From NCBI GenBank assembly GCA_964016885.1, contig OZ024758.1:26598001-26662000 (forward strand): 64,000 nucleotides of DNA, read 5' to 3'. Position 1 is the stretch's first letter; each line of letters starts with the position of its first letter. Below, in pieces: positions 14,543-25,978 of the stretch. The notes under the pieces are model-generated. The model saw nothing but the letters and a program-made list of their open reading frames with translations. It did no database searches and was not told where the DNA came from. The position numbers and the translations under genes were made by a program. Origin of the DNA: Eledone cirrhosa (taxonomy: Eukaryota).

Positions 14543-15357
14543 GAGTTAAACAAGATTCAATGAGTATATCAGAGAATGAGTTTTACAATAGATTGGAAGC
14601 ACTCTACGGAAAAATAATTTTCCAGAGTTATTAATATTAAAATACAAATATTAACAAAATAGATGTTCTTTTGATCAATTACATTTTATTATACATATTT
14701 CGGAGGTACAACAGTACGTCCTCATCAGACAAAATATAATGATACATGACATACCATGAGATGTTAAATGGTTAAGATTTAATCAAGGTAGTGATTAACC
14801 CAAGAGAAAATTCAACATTTATACCCTAATAATGAGAAAATGTGAAAACGTAATAAATTCAATAGAGAATGTGTGAGTAAGAAAAAAGAAAACGTTGGTT
14901 AATGTGACAGTTATAGAGATTTTAAAATGTAAGATACTACAAGTTATGGTTGTCTAGGAAAACTTCTCATGAATTATAACAGTCCATGAGGGCCGCTGAG
15001 AGGGGATTTAGAGAGAGGGAAAGATAAAGGGGGTTAATATATGCAGAAAGATATTTTTTCCAAAAGCTAAATGGTTAAGTTTCAAAATATTTAATTTATG
15101 TTATTTTAGGGTGAAGAATCAAGATTTAAGGTTTTTTTTAAAAGTTGCTGGTTATTTATATTTATTAATTTTATGTTGAATTTTCTCTTGGGTTAATCAC
15201 TACCTTGATTAAATCTCAACCATTTAACATCTCAGGGTATGTCATGTATTATTATATTTTGTCTGATGAGGACGTACTGTTGTACCTCCGAAATATGTAT
15301 AATAAAATGTAATTGATCAAAAGAACATCTATTTTATTAATATTTGTATTTTAATAT
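14539..15357. mobile_element. Penelope-like fold-back unit in (TA)n; ~185-bp inverted arms 14634-14818 and 15173-15357
   Basis: Near-perfect reverse-complement arms, each with an HHR; (TA)n on both sides. Confidence 0.75.
15256..15308 (+). ncRNA. Type I minimal hammerhead; mirror copy at 14683-14735 (-)
   Basis: AUUUUGU CUGAUGA GGA-C-GUAC UGUU GUAC-C-UCC GAAA UAUGUA UA AUAAAAU: 7-bp stem I, intact core, near-palindromic stem III. Confidence 0.8.
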
Positions 15358-15622
15358 ATATATATATATATATATGTATTAGGTTATGCAAGAAATGCTT
15401 AATTATTCTTTATATATATATATATATATATGTAGATAAATCTACCAAGAGTTTACGGTAGTGTCCAATCCGTATGAAGAACTCAATGTATTCCGGATAT
15501 CATGGAAAGAAGAGATGTAATGAAAAATCACTTTCGGTGAAAGATAAACGGTATACAGAGTCAAGATAAAATATTAAACAAATAATGAATAAACAATTCC
15601 TTATATTAAACAAAAAAAGTTC

Positions 15623-15770
15623 ATTATTTAACGATCGTTTCTAGGATATATATGTGTTAGAATTGGCATGCATATTCAACAGATCTATGTACAAAATTAT
15701 ACAAAATTATACAAACTATCAAGATTAAATATACATACCAACACATATATACGCCGTCTTCAGAAATAAT
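15623..15770 (-). ncRNA. Type I hammerhead with long stem II insertion
   Basis: AUUAUUU CUGAAGA [..GUAUAUAUGUGUU ~85 nt AACACAUAUAUAU..] GAAA CGAUCG UU AAAUAAU: 7-bp stem I, palindromic stem III, GUU site. Confidence 0.75.
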
Positions 15771-15788
15771 GGGGGTAGTGGGACGGGG

Positions 15789-15824
<36 letters not shown>

Positions 15825-16571
15825 CCCCGTCCCACTACCCCCACCCCATCCACACTACCCCCTAAAATGTGAAATTATGTTGGTACCACAACATCCAGTC
15901 CGAAACAAATGAGGTCGTGTAGGTGTCACAACAAAAAAAACACACAGTCCACGCTGTAATGTGGTCGTGTAGGTAACACGGTAAAAACCTCCCAGTTCCA
16001 CACTGTAAATGTGGTTGGTGTTAGGAAGGGCATCCAGCCATAGAAAACCTGCCAGACAGTCCTGAGCAAGATGACCAATCTTACCTCAAGTGGGACTACT
16101 CCCGTCTAAACCCATGCTAGCGTGGAAGATAGACGTTAAACGATGATGATGATGATGATATATATACAAGTTATTCCAGGTTCAATCGGGGGTAACCACA
16201 GTAAGTAAGGTACTCAATACATAACTCTCACGAATGAAACAGTTCTAGTCCTGTAGAAGTTTATATATATATATAAAAAAAAAAATCGATCGACTTTCGT
16301 CAAATCGGACCGAGGGAACAATGTTTCTGTTGGTCTTTCCAGTTGCTAGTACTATCTATCGGTCGCAACTCCAGGTAGAAGGAGCAACGTGAAATAAAGT
16401 GTCTTGCTCAAGGACATAACGTATCGCCTGGTCCAGGAATCGAACTCACAACCTTACGATTGCGAATCCAATTCTCTAACCACTCAGCCACACGCCTTCA
16501 CTATATATATATATATATATTTTGTTTGAAGATCAGAAATTCTTTGGCATCTTTGAAGGGTTTCGGGAATA

Positions 16572-16848
16572 TGGTGATGGCTGTAGTGGAGGTGGTGGCG
16601 GTGGTGGTAGCGGTGGCTGTAGTGGTGGTGGTGGTAGCTGTAGTAGTGGTGGTGGTGGTGGTGGCTGTAGTGGTGGTGGTGGCTGTAGTGGTGGCGGTGG
16701 CTGTAGTGGTGGTAGTGGTGGCTGTAGTAGTGGTGGTGGCTGTGGTGGTGGTGGTGGTGGTGGCTGTGGTGGTGGTAGTGGTGGCTGTAGTGGTGGTGGC
16801 TGTAGTGGTGGTGGTGGTGGTGGTGGCTGTAGTGGTGATGGTGGTGTA
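16572..16848. repeat. (GTG)n-type trinucleotide repeat; (CAT/CAC)n tract at 17192-17425
   Basis: Direct inspection. Confidence 0.95.
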
Positions 16849-17608
16849 GCAACAGCATCCTTAACCTTTACTTCTAGTTAGCTTCTGTCACTCTTTACCT
16901 CCGTCTATCTCACCTCTCTCTCCATCTTTCACTATTATAAGCAGGGCCCACTTGCTGGCCACAGGTTAACCGACAATATAGAAGCTCTCTTGTTGACAGG
17001 CTGTATAAGGCGTCAGTAATTTATCTTCTCCTTCGCTGCTGAAGAGGAAGAAGGAATTTATCAATAATCTAAATTTGCAACTTGGTTCCAGTTCTCTGAA
17101 ATTGCTTCAAATACAATGTTTTTGTCTTTGAGAAAAGCATTGATATTACAAATATCTTTATTTTTCGCTTGTATGCTTCTATAAAGACTTGTCATCATCA
17201 TCATCATCATCACCATCATCATCATCTCTACCACCATCGTCATCACCACCACCTCCACCATCATCATTATACCATCATCTCCACCACCATCATCATCATC
17301 ACCATCATCACCATCATCATCTTCACCACCACCATCATCATCATCACCTCCACCACCATCATCTCCACCACCATCATACCACCACCACCATCACCACCAC
17401 CACCACCACCATCACCTTCACCACTATGAGGTGGATTAACAGTATCGGTGGAACATAGGACAGACAATATGCTTTGTATCGTAGAGTTACGGCCCTTTAC
17501 CTTCTGAGTTCAAATCCCACCAAAGTTAACTTTGCCTTTCATCTTTAAGGGGTCGATAAAATAAAACACCAGTAATGCACTGGGGTCGATTTAACCCTTT
17601 AGCATTTT

Positions 17609-18105
17609 TCATTACTCTATATTTACTATTGTATTTTCACGGTAAATGCTTTACCTTACATAATATCTTACATAACATTTACATTACTCTATATTTACTA
17701 TTGTATTTTCACGGTAAAGGCTTTACCTTACATAATATCTTACATAACATTTACATTACTCTATATTTACTATTGTATTTTCACGGTAAAGGCTTTACCT
17801 TACATAATCTCACATAACATTCACATTACTCTATATTTACTATTGTATTTTCACGGTAAAGGCTTTACCTTACATAATATCTCACATACCATTCACATTA
17901 CTCTATATTTACTATTGTATTTTCACGGTAAAGGCTTTACCTTACATAATAATCTCACATAACATTCACATTACTCTATATTTACTATTGTATTTTCACG
18001 GTAAAGGCTTTACCTTACATAATATCTCACATAACATTCACATTACTCTATATATACTGTTATATTTTCACAGTAAAGGCTTTACTTCACATAAATATCT
18101 CACAT
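17609..18105 (+). repeat. ~72-bp tandem repeat (7 units) amplified inside a family A MITE
   Basis: Unit attactctatatttactattgtattttcacggtaaaggctttaccttacataatatctcacataacattcac; the same unit is amplified at 63800-64000. Confidence 0.9.
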
Positions 18106-18944
18106 AATATCGAATCTATGAGATTTTAATATTATTCATTTTGAGAACAATACCTTAACATCAATATGGGCGGCTAGTTGCAGCCAGTTTGAACAGAAAG
18201 AGGTGAAAGAATTCTGGCTGGATATGGTCGGTTTAAATGCTAAAAGTTTAATCGACTTTCCCCTTCCTCTTCAAAGTAGAAACATTTTTTTTTTTATTAA
18301 AATTATATGAGGAGGAAATTGTAGTGATGGTGGAGGTGGTGAAGTTGTTGGTAGCGGTGGGGGTAATGTTGGTAGTAACAGCTGTAGTGGTCCTACTATT
18401 AGTGTGCTTGATGGGTAGTAGTGGGTGTGGTTGGGTGTTAGAAGAGGTGATAATTCATACCGAGCTGTGGAGATTTTGTTTGATGTGTATAAAACTTATT
18501 GATCATTTTATACATTTACTACTGACTATGTTAACTATGTGCTGGCATATCGATCTATTAGTTTGAACTATAGGAAGATAATATTGATCACTTGGTTTAT
18601 TGCTATCTTGACTGTGACCAAGTAATTATAATAAGTTTTTGATGTTTGAATCCCTCGATTGTGATTGAGAGTTGAATTGAACTCGTTATATTCTACCTGT
18701 TAGATCTTTCTAGGAAGTTCTTTGTTAGGTTTTTATTTTATATGTTACATTGCTTTCTGAGTTGTAAAACTTGCATTTCATCTTTCATCTGAGGAATTAA
18801 TGAAAAGTATGAATTTTCCATAGGAAATTAATTCTAGCTGTGTATACAATTCATTATTCCATTCACAGACTGCAAAGAACTTTTTAGAATGCATTGTGTT
18901 TCTGGAAGCTACTCTTTCTTTCAAAGTGGTTTTGCGGTTTTTTT

Positions 18945-19420
18945 TCTTCTCCCCCTCACTTCTCTTTCCCTTTCGCCTCTCCCCTCCATCGCTTTCCCTT
19001 TTGCCTCTCCCCTCCATCTCTCTCCCTTTTGCCTCTCTCCTCCATCTCTCTCCCTTTCGCCTCTCCCCTCCATCTCTTTCCCTTTTGCCTCTCCCCTCCA
19101 TCGCTTTCCCTTTTGCCTTCCCTTCCATCGCTTTCCCTTTTGCCTTCCCTTCCATCGCTTTCCCTTTTGTCTCTCCCCCTCCATCTCTTTCCCTTTTGCC
19201 TTCCCCTCCATCGCTTTCCCTTTTGTCTCTCCCCCTCCATCTCTTTCCCTTTTGCCTCTCCCCTCCATCGCTTTCCCTTTTGCCTCTCCCCTTCCATCGC
19301 TTTCCCTTTTGCCTCTCCCCTTCCATCTCTTTCCCTTTTGCCTCTCCCCTCCATCTCTTTCCCTTTTGCCTCTCCCCCTCCATCTCTTTCCCTTTCGCCT
19401 CTCCCTCCCTCCCTCCTCCA
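18945..19420. repeat. Pyrimidine-rich ~26-30-bp minisatellite
   Basis: Unit approximately tccatc(g/t)ctttcccttttgcctctcccc. Confidence 0.95.
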
Positions 19421-19844
19421 TACTGGTTACCTGGAGTGGTATTGCATGAACATCAACCAATACTGGATGTTTTTACCATTTTGAAAATTTTAGCTTCTTC
19501 ATACAATAGGTCTTAATTTACTCCATGCTGTTAGAGGCTGTACTTTTGTTTTTTAAATATCTGTATATGTTTTGGGGGAGGTTTTGTTTATTCTGGAGAA
19601 ATTTCATCAATTTAAAATTTAGAATATTTCATTAATGATCTTTATATGACTGAAGTAAAGTAAAAGATCTAAATTGTATTTATGTGGGTACAGGTTATGT
19701 ACATGCATGTATGCGTATATGTGTGTGTATGCATGCATGTGTGTGTGTGTGTGTACAGCTTATGTACATGTAGGTATGCGTATGTGTGTGTGTGTGTACA
19801 GGTTATGTAGATGCATGTATGTGTGTGTGAACAAGTTATATATA

Positions 19845-21082
19845 CAGGGTGCGAACGATATTTGATCGCAAGATTACTGTCTAGGAAAAAATAACACAGT
19901 AGTTTTTTTTTTAAGATATATTTATCAAACTTGGGTCAGTTTGTCTTCATGACTTGTTCTTTCGATCTCACTCGATAAACCCGCCATTGGCTTTAATGAC
20001 GGCCTCAAGGCGGCCTCGGAACCGGCTACAGGCCTTCATCACTGTCCCCCGACTTAGGCCCCTAAAGGCACTTGAGATCCTGGCCTTCAGATCGTCTTTC
20101 GTATTGTAGCTAGATCTGTTGGTGTCTCGTTCCACTGCGCCCCACACAAAGAAGTCAAGGGGGTTGCAGTCAGGCGAGCTGACAGCCAGGCTTGGGTCTT
20201 TCGACTGGTATGGCAGGGCGCTGAGTCTTGCTACCACACGTACGGCCTACCTGCAGCTACCTGGTCGATCCAGGGCTTTACTAGCTCGCTCAGAATGCGG
20301 ATGTAGCCATCGGTGTTCAGCTTGAGGCCCTCGGGGAAGAAGTGAGGTGGCATGACATCATCTTGACTGCTGACGACACCTAAGACCAATGTTGTCGCTG
20401 GAAACTTTGTCAAAATGACTCTGGGCACGTCTTTGGATGAGACAGCGAATCACCTATTGTCTGGGAGTTGATCTTCTGGTCTTGGCAGAAGTTTTTCTCG
20501 TCGGAGAAAAACCACAGCATGTCTAGCTTCAGTCGGTGTTTCAACTTGTTGATCAGTCGCTTTTCTTGCTTCAGTCGCTTTTCTTGCATCGCCTTTGACA
20601 GAAATTGTCCTTTTCTCATCTTGTATGAAATGTAGCGAATGTCTTCAAGTACCACCAGCCTAATAAGCTTTTCATCCACGCCTTTCTCCCTTGCAATGGC
20701 ACGCATCGACTTGCTAGGTTCATTGTTGATGATATCCTGAACTTCAGCGATGAACTCGGGCGTTCTGAAGGCGTCAGATCGTCGATCATGTGTTTTCCTC
20801 TCTGATGTTGCTTCGTAGTCGAATCTTGAATCTTCCAATTCCTTTCTGACCTTTCCCACCATTCTCCTGTTGACGCTGAGAAAGTCTCAAATTTCCTTAT
20901 TTGTCCTCCCAGCGCGGATTCCACAAATTTGGAGGTTCAAAATTATTCATAGTCAATTATTCTGAAAATAAATAATGGAAATATAGTCACTGCTTTTATG
21001 AAGACAAGAGTGACAACGGAAGTAAAAAAATTTGCATAAAATTAGCAGTTGAAAATTGCGAACAAATATCGTCCACACCCTG
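19845..21082 (-). mobile_element. Tc1/mariner transposon (DD37D/maT-like), frameshifted
   Basis: TA target sites; TIRs cagggtgcgaacgatatttgatcgcaa / ttgcgaacaaatatcgtccacaccctg. Pieces WFFSDEKNF, SPDCNPLDFFVWG and ACSRFRGRLEAVIKANGGFIE. Confidence 0.9.
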
Positions 21083-21116
21083 TATATGTGTGTGTACCTG
21101 TTATGTACATGCATGA

Positions 21117-21158
<42 letters not shown>

Positions 21159-21333
21159 TACTCTTTCACCTGTTCCAGCCATCCGGCTGAGGCCATTCTG
21201 GGGCACCGACCTGAAAAATATATAAACTTCTTCGGGGATTGAGCACTTTGCACTTTGTGTCGTTTAAAAATGACAGTTGTACCAATCAACCACCAAGGCA
21301 GTTATATGTGTGTGTGTATGTATGTACACACAC

Positions 21334-21436
21334 ACAGGCTGTCCCCCAAAAATGTATACACACTTTGATTACTTGTACAGGCAATATTTATTTTAATGCT
21401 GTTGAAGTGTGTATACATCTTTTTGGACACTGTGTA
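21334..21436. mobile_element. Tiny Tc1-type MITE
   Basis: Inverted termini caggctgtcccccaaaaatgtatacacactt / aagtgtgtatacatctttttggacactgtg. Confidence 0.55.
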
Positions 21437-21464
21437 TACATACACATATATATATATATATATA

Positions 21465-21670
21465 TTTATTAACGTTTAAGCAAAGAATCGCTGCTTTCAC
21501 CCATAACGAGATCTTCTGAAACTAGTTAGTTAGTTTCATAAGATCCCGTTAAGGGTGAAAGCAGCGATTCTTTGCTTAAACTTTAATCTATTATTTTGCT
21601 CTACGGTTCTTATATATTTGATATATATTTATCCTTATTGAGCCCTCTTTGGATTTTAGTCTTCAAATTT
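21465..21670. mobile_element. Penelope-like fold-back unit, arms 21474-21524 and 21531-21581; same family as 52888-53286
   Basis: Hairpin adjoining (TA)n; each arm has hammerhead topology with core CAGAAGA or CAUAAGA. Confidence 0.65.
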
Positions 21671-21675
21671 ATTAT

Positions 21676-21900
21676 TGGATTGGCAGTATCGGTAGAGGGT
21701 CGGACGCCATGCTTTGACGCATAGAGTTACGGCCCTTGCCATTCTGAGTTCAAATCGCGCCGAGGTTAACTTTGCCTTTCATCCTTACGGGGTCGATAAA
21801 ATAAAGTACCAGTAATATACTGGGTAATTGCTGGTCTTGTGCCAAAAGTAGAAACAATTATTATTATTATTTATTATTATTTATTATTATTACTATTTAT
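21676..21900 (+). mobile_element. tRNA-derived SINE group A with (ATT)n tail; over 20 full or partial copies, e.g. 225-705(-), 2027-2270, 4443-4630(-), 29470-29648, 30210-30318, 33070-33177(-), 34286-34476, 36460-36890(-), 43370-43767(-), 45368-45785(-), 48135-48313(-), 59430-59617
   Basis: Head ggattggcagtatcggtagagggtcggacgc...gagttcaaatccc. Central ccgaggttaactttgcctttcatccttacggggtcgataaaataaagtaccag resembles the Nin/Deu domain. Tail ggccttgtgccaaaagtagaaacaattatt. Confidence 0.85.
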
Positions 21901-22424
21901 TATTATTACTATATATATATAGGTGTCACGACAAAAAACACACAGTCCACGCTGTAAATGTGGCCGTGTAGGCAACACGGTAAAAACCTCCCAGCCCCAC
22001 ACTGTAACTGTGGTTGGTGTTAGGAAGGGCATCCAACTGTAGAAAACCCGCCAGACAGTCCACGCTGTAATGTGGCCGTGTAGGCAACACGGTAAAAACC
22101 TCCCAGCCCCACACTGTAAGTGTGGTTGGTGTTAGGAAGGGCATCCAACTGTAGAAAACCCGCCAGACAGTCCTATGCGAGCAAGACAACCACTCTTGCC
22201 TCAAGTGGGAAAACCCCCGTCCAAACCCATGCAAGCGTGGAACACGGACGCTAAACCTGATGATGATGATGATGATGATTTATATATATATATATTTATA
22301 TATATATATATAGTGTATATATATGTGTGTGTGTGTGTATATATATATAGTGTATATATATATGTGTGTGTGTATATATATATATGTGTGTATACATGTG
22401 TGTGTGTGTGTGTGTATATGTATA

Positions 22425-22457
<33 letters not shown>

Positions 22458-22859
22458 ATGTATGTGTGTGTATATATATATATATGTGTGTGTATATGTG
22501 TGTGTACGTATGTATGTAAATGTGCAGGAGTTGAATCAGTTTGCAAATTGTAATGGCTCATCAGATATTTTATGCCTGAATAAACATGTAACTATTTTTC
22601 TACTAAACTGACTAAGTTAAGTAATAAAATGCACTTTCCTTAAGTGCAGTGCAATATGTTATATCTGCTATATAATTTTGTTAGATCTACCATACTTACA
22701 GTCTGCACTCAGCAGTAGCTTCAGACAAAAGGCTGTCCATCTTCTCTCTAGTAGATGCTACTGTTGCAAGTTTAGAAATAGTTTCTTCTCCAAGACTGAA
22801 CTCTATGGCTCTCTAGAATTAATGTGCTTCATATGCTCATATTATTGTAATTATTTTAA

Positions 22860-23410
22860 GGCGGTGGATTGGCAGTATCGGTAGAGGGTCTGACGTCATG
22901 CTATGGCAGTGGATTGGCAGTATCGGTAGAGGGTCTGACGCCATGCTATGGCAGTGGATTGGCAGTATCGGTAGAGGGTCTGACGCCATGCTATGGCAGT
23001 GGATTGGCAGTATCGGTAGAGGGTCTGACGCCATGCTATGGCAGTGGATTGGCAGTATCGGTAGAGGGTCTGACGCCATGCTATGGCAGTGGATTGGCAG
23101 TATCGGTAGAGGGTCTGACGCCATGCTATGGCAGTGGATTGGCAGTATCGGTAGAGGGTCTGACGCCATGCTATGGCAGTGGATTGGCAGTATCGGTAGA
23201 GGGTCTGACGCCATGCTATGGCAGTGGATTGGCAGTATCGGTAGAGGGTCTGACGCCATGCTTTGCAGCACAGTTACGTCCCTTTACGAACTGAGTTCAA
23301 ATCCCGCCGAGGTTAACTTTGCCTTTCATCCTTACAGGGTTGATAAAATAAAGTACCAGTAATGTACTGGTTAATTGCTGGCCTTGTGCCAAAAGTAGAA
23401 ACAATTATTG
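22860..23410 (+). repeat. SINE A whose 45-bp 5' head is repeated 9 times
   Basis: Unit ggcagtggattggcagtatcggtagagggtctgacgccatgctat; the last unit continues into a full SINE body. Confidence 0.92.
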
Positions 23411-23504
23411 TAATTATTAGCAGAAATACCTCCCTCCAGGTGGCGTTTTCTGCTAGTGTAAGTTTGTGCGTGTACATGTGTTTTGTAATGCGTTTATCAA
23501 TGTA

Positions 23505-24135
23505 TACATCATCATCGTTATCATCATCATCATCATAATCGTCGTTTGATGTCCATTTTTCCATGCTAGCATGGGTTAGATGAGTTGTCTCCTTGTGAAA
23601 CAAGTCAGATCAGGTGACCATGTCTTGCTCATATAGAATGGTTTGTGGCTTAGTTTCTCCAGCTTGACGCCCTTCCTAATGCCAACCACATTTACAGTGT
23701 GGACTGGGTGCTTTTTATTGCGGCACCAAAACAACTAACTGACAGTTTGGACTTAATACTTTTTCCTTGTGTCATCTATACGACCACTTTACAGTGTGGG
23801 CTGGGTGCTTTTTCCATGACACCTACACGAATGACCACTTTATAATGTGGACTGGGTGCTTTTTTGACATGTCACCAACTCAACCACTACAGTGTGGGCC
23901 AGGTGCTTTTTGTCATGTCACCAACATAACCACAATACAGTGTGGACTAGGCACTTTTTGTCATGTCACTAACACGACCACTTTACAGTGTGAGCTAGGC
24001 ACTTTTTGTCATGTCACCAACACAACCACTTTACGGCGTGGACTGGACGCTTTATGTCATGTCACCAACATAGCCACTTTACAATATGGACCAGTTGCTT
24101 TTTGTTGTGGCACCAAGATGACTACTTTTTGTGAC
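23505..24135 (-). repeat. RTE-type tail with an old, degenerate 48-bp array (~9 units)
   Basis: Repeated cactttacagtgtggactgggtgctttttgtcatgtcaccaac variants next to a (CAT)n tail. Confidence 0.8.
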
Positions 24136-25332
24136 AACTTCATTGTGGGATATGGCATAGCATGTTAGTGAACATGGTAGGAGCTCCAACTGGAATGTGT
24201 TAGCTGTATTTTTGCGTATAAAGTTAGCTGTTGCTTAGAGTTGGTGTATTTACAGGCTTTTGGAAATGAACCCAGCTTTCATGATAGAGTGTTTGCTATC
24301 TGAAGAATGTATAGTTATCAAGAAATCATCATCATCAGGTCGAGCTTGCTCGGCTTTCTACGACACGTTTCCTCCATCTATCTCTGTCTCTCATAGCGTT
24401 TGCCAGTTCTTCTGCAGTGCATCCAGTATCGTCCTCAAGTTGCTTGATGTATGTTATCAAGAAAGGTTATCAACAATTATAAGGTTTAATATCTAATGAG
24501 TGTGGTGGTTTAAACTGCGTGACTGACGATGCAGTGTAGAAAGTTTGCTTTTTTGACGTGTGTAAAATCTGTGAGATTAAGTTGTTAAGATTCCACTGCA
24601 GGATATTTTAAGTGAGAATATTTGTGCCTAATGGGAAGTGATGTGGTTTCTTGAGAATGTGGCCTGTATATGGAAGATGAGAAATGAGGGTAGATTATAG
24701 TCAGCTGCATGCTAGTTTATGTCTGTTCATTAACCCTTTTGGCACCAATCCACCCAAATCTGGCCCTATGAAACAAAACCACCCCAATTTAAAGAGTTCC
24801 TCTTTAACTCTTTAGCATTTATATTACTTAATATATACTGTTATATTTGTACAGTAAAGGGTTTATCTTACATAATTATCTCACATAATATCGAATCTAT
24901 GAAATTTTGATATTATTTATTTTGAGAACAATACTTTAACATCAGTATGAGCAGCCAGTTTGTACAGAAAGAGATGAAAGAATTCTAGCTGGATATGGCC
25001 AGTGTAAATGCTAAAAAGTGATGTCAAAATTTTCCAAGATAATTTTATATAAGAACCATATGTTAAGTTAATCTCTTAGTAATAAATTAATTTATAATTT
25101 TAGTAAATCTCTCAAAATTCCTCATTAATTAATTGATCTAGAGTGTATTTCATTAGAGATGTGGTAATGAAAGGGTTAAGAGATGATGGTCAGTAAGTAG
25201 GTTAACTCTTTTGGTAACAACTTGACCAAAACCAGCCCCGAGTCTATGAAACAAAACCATTCATTTTAAATAAAAATCTTCCAATATAATTTTATATAAG
25301 AAGCATATGTTAAGTAACTTATCTTAGTAACA

Positions 25333-25743
25333 TTTTTTTACGCTTAGAGTTGCTGAAGCATGGAACAAACTGCCTGCGTCAATTGTTAGCTGCCGAGACA
25401 CTGCATCCTTTAAGACACTCATGCTTCCCGAAATACGCCAAAACTACACCTGATGTACCCCTTCCATACACATGCACACGTGTGTATCATGACTCGTGCA
25501 CTGTTCATTTTACTGATGTTTGTGCATTGCCCTATGTACTGTACATGCACTTTTTTGATGAGTTGTAGTGCACCTGGGCACTGTACACAATATTTCATTA
25601 TTGTTATTGTTATTATATCATGACTCGTACACTGTTCATTTTCCTGGCATTTGTACATTATTCTATGTACTATACATGCACCTTTGATGAGTTGTAGTGC
25701 ACCTGAGCACTGTACACAATAATTTCATTATTATTATTATTAT
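25333..25743 (+). mobile_element. CR1/L2-type LINE 3' fragment inside a family B MITE; related piece at 38250-38405(-)
   Basis: FFTLRVAEAWNKLPASIVSCRDTASFK C-terminal motif, duplicated 3' UTR segment, (ATT)n tail. Confidence 0.75.
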
Positions 25744-25978
25744 AATGAAATAATTAATAATTTTAGTAAATGCCTTAAATAATTCATTAATTAATTGAAA
25801 TAGAATGTATTTCATTAGAAATATGGTGGCCAAAGGGTTAAAGTAGAAGATAGTTGGAATAGATGTAAGTGAAACAGGGAGTACACTTCTTTTCTGTTAC
25901 TGGTTTAGATGAAGTGTGTTAGTGCGAAGAGGTTGTATCATTTGCATGTCAAAAATGTACTTTCTCCTTTTCATGCTG

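Noticed and set aside
14820-15172. Possible GIY-YIG endonuclease remnant in the fold-back spacer
   Set aside because: Only a weak ERYFFQKLN resemblance; no recognisable motif or sustained frame.
16460-17467. Gly/Cys-rich, poly-His and poly-Val ORFs resembling structural proteins
   Set aside because: Trinucleotide repeats open in several frames on both strands, with no exon boundaries or unique coding flank.
18778-19516. Overlapping charged or Pro/Ser-rich ORFs
   Set aside because: Pyrimidine/purine minisatellite.
22530-22575. Minus-strand CTGATGA as a hammerhead
   Set aside because: No GAAA partner or closing helices.
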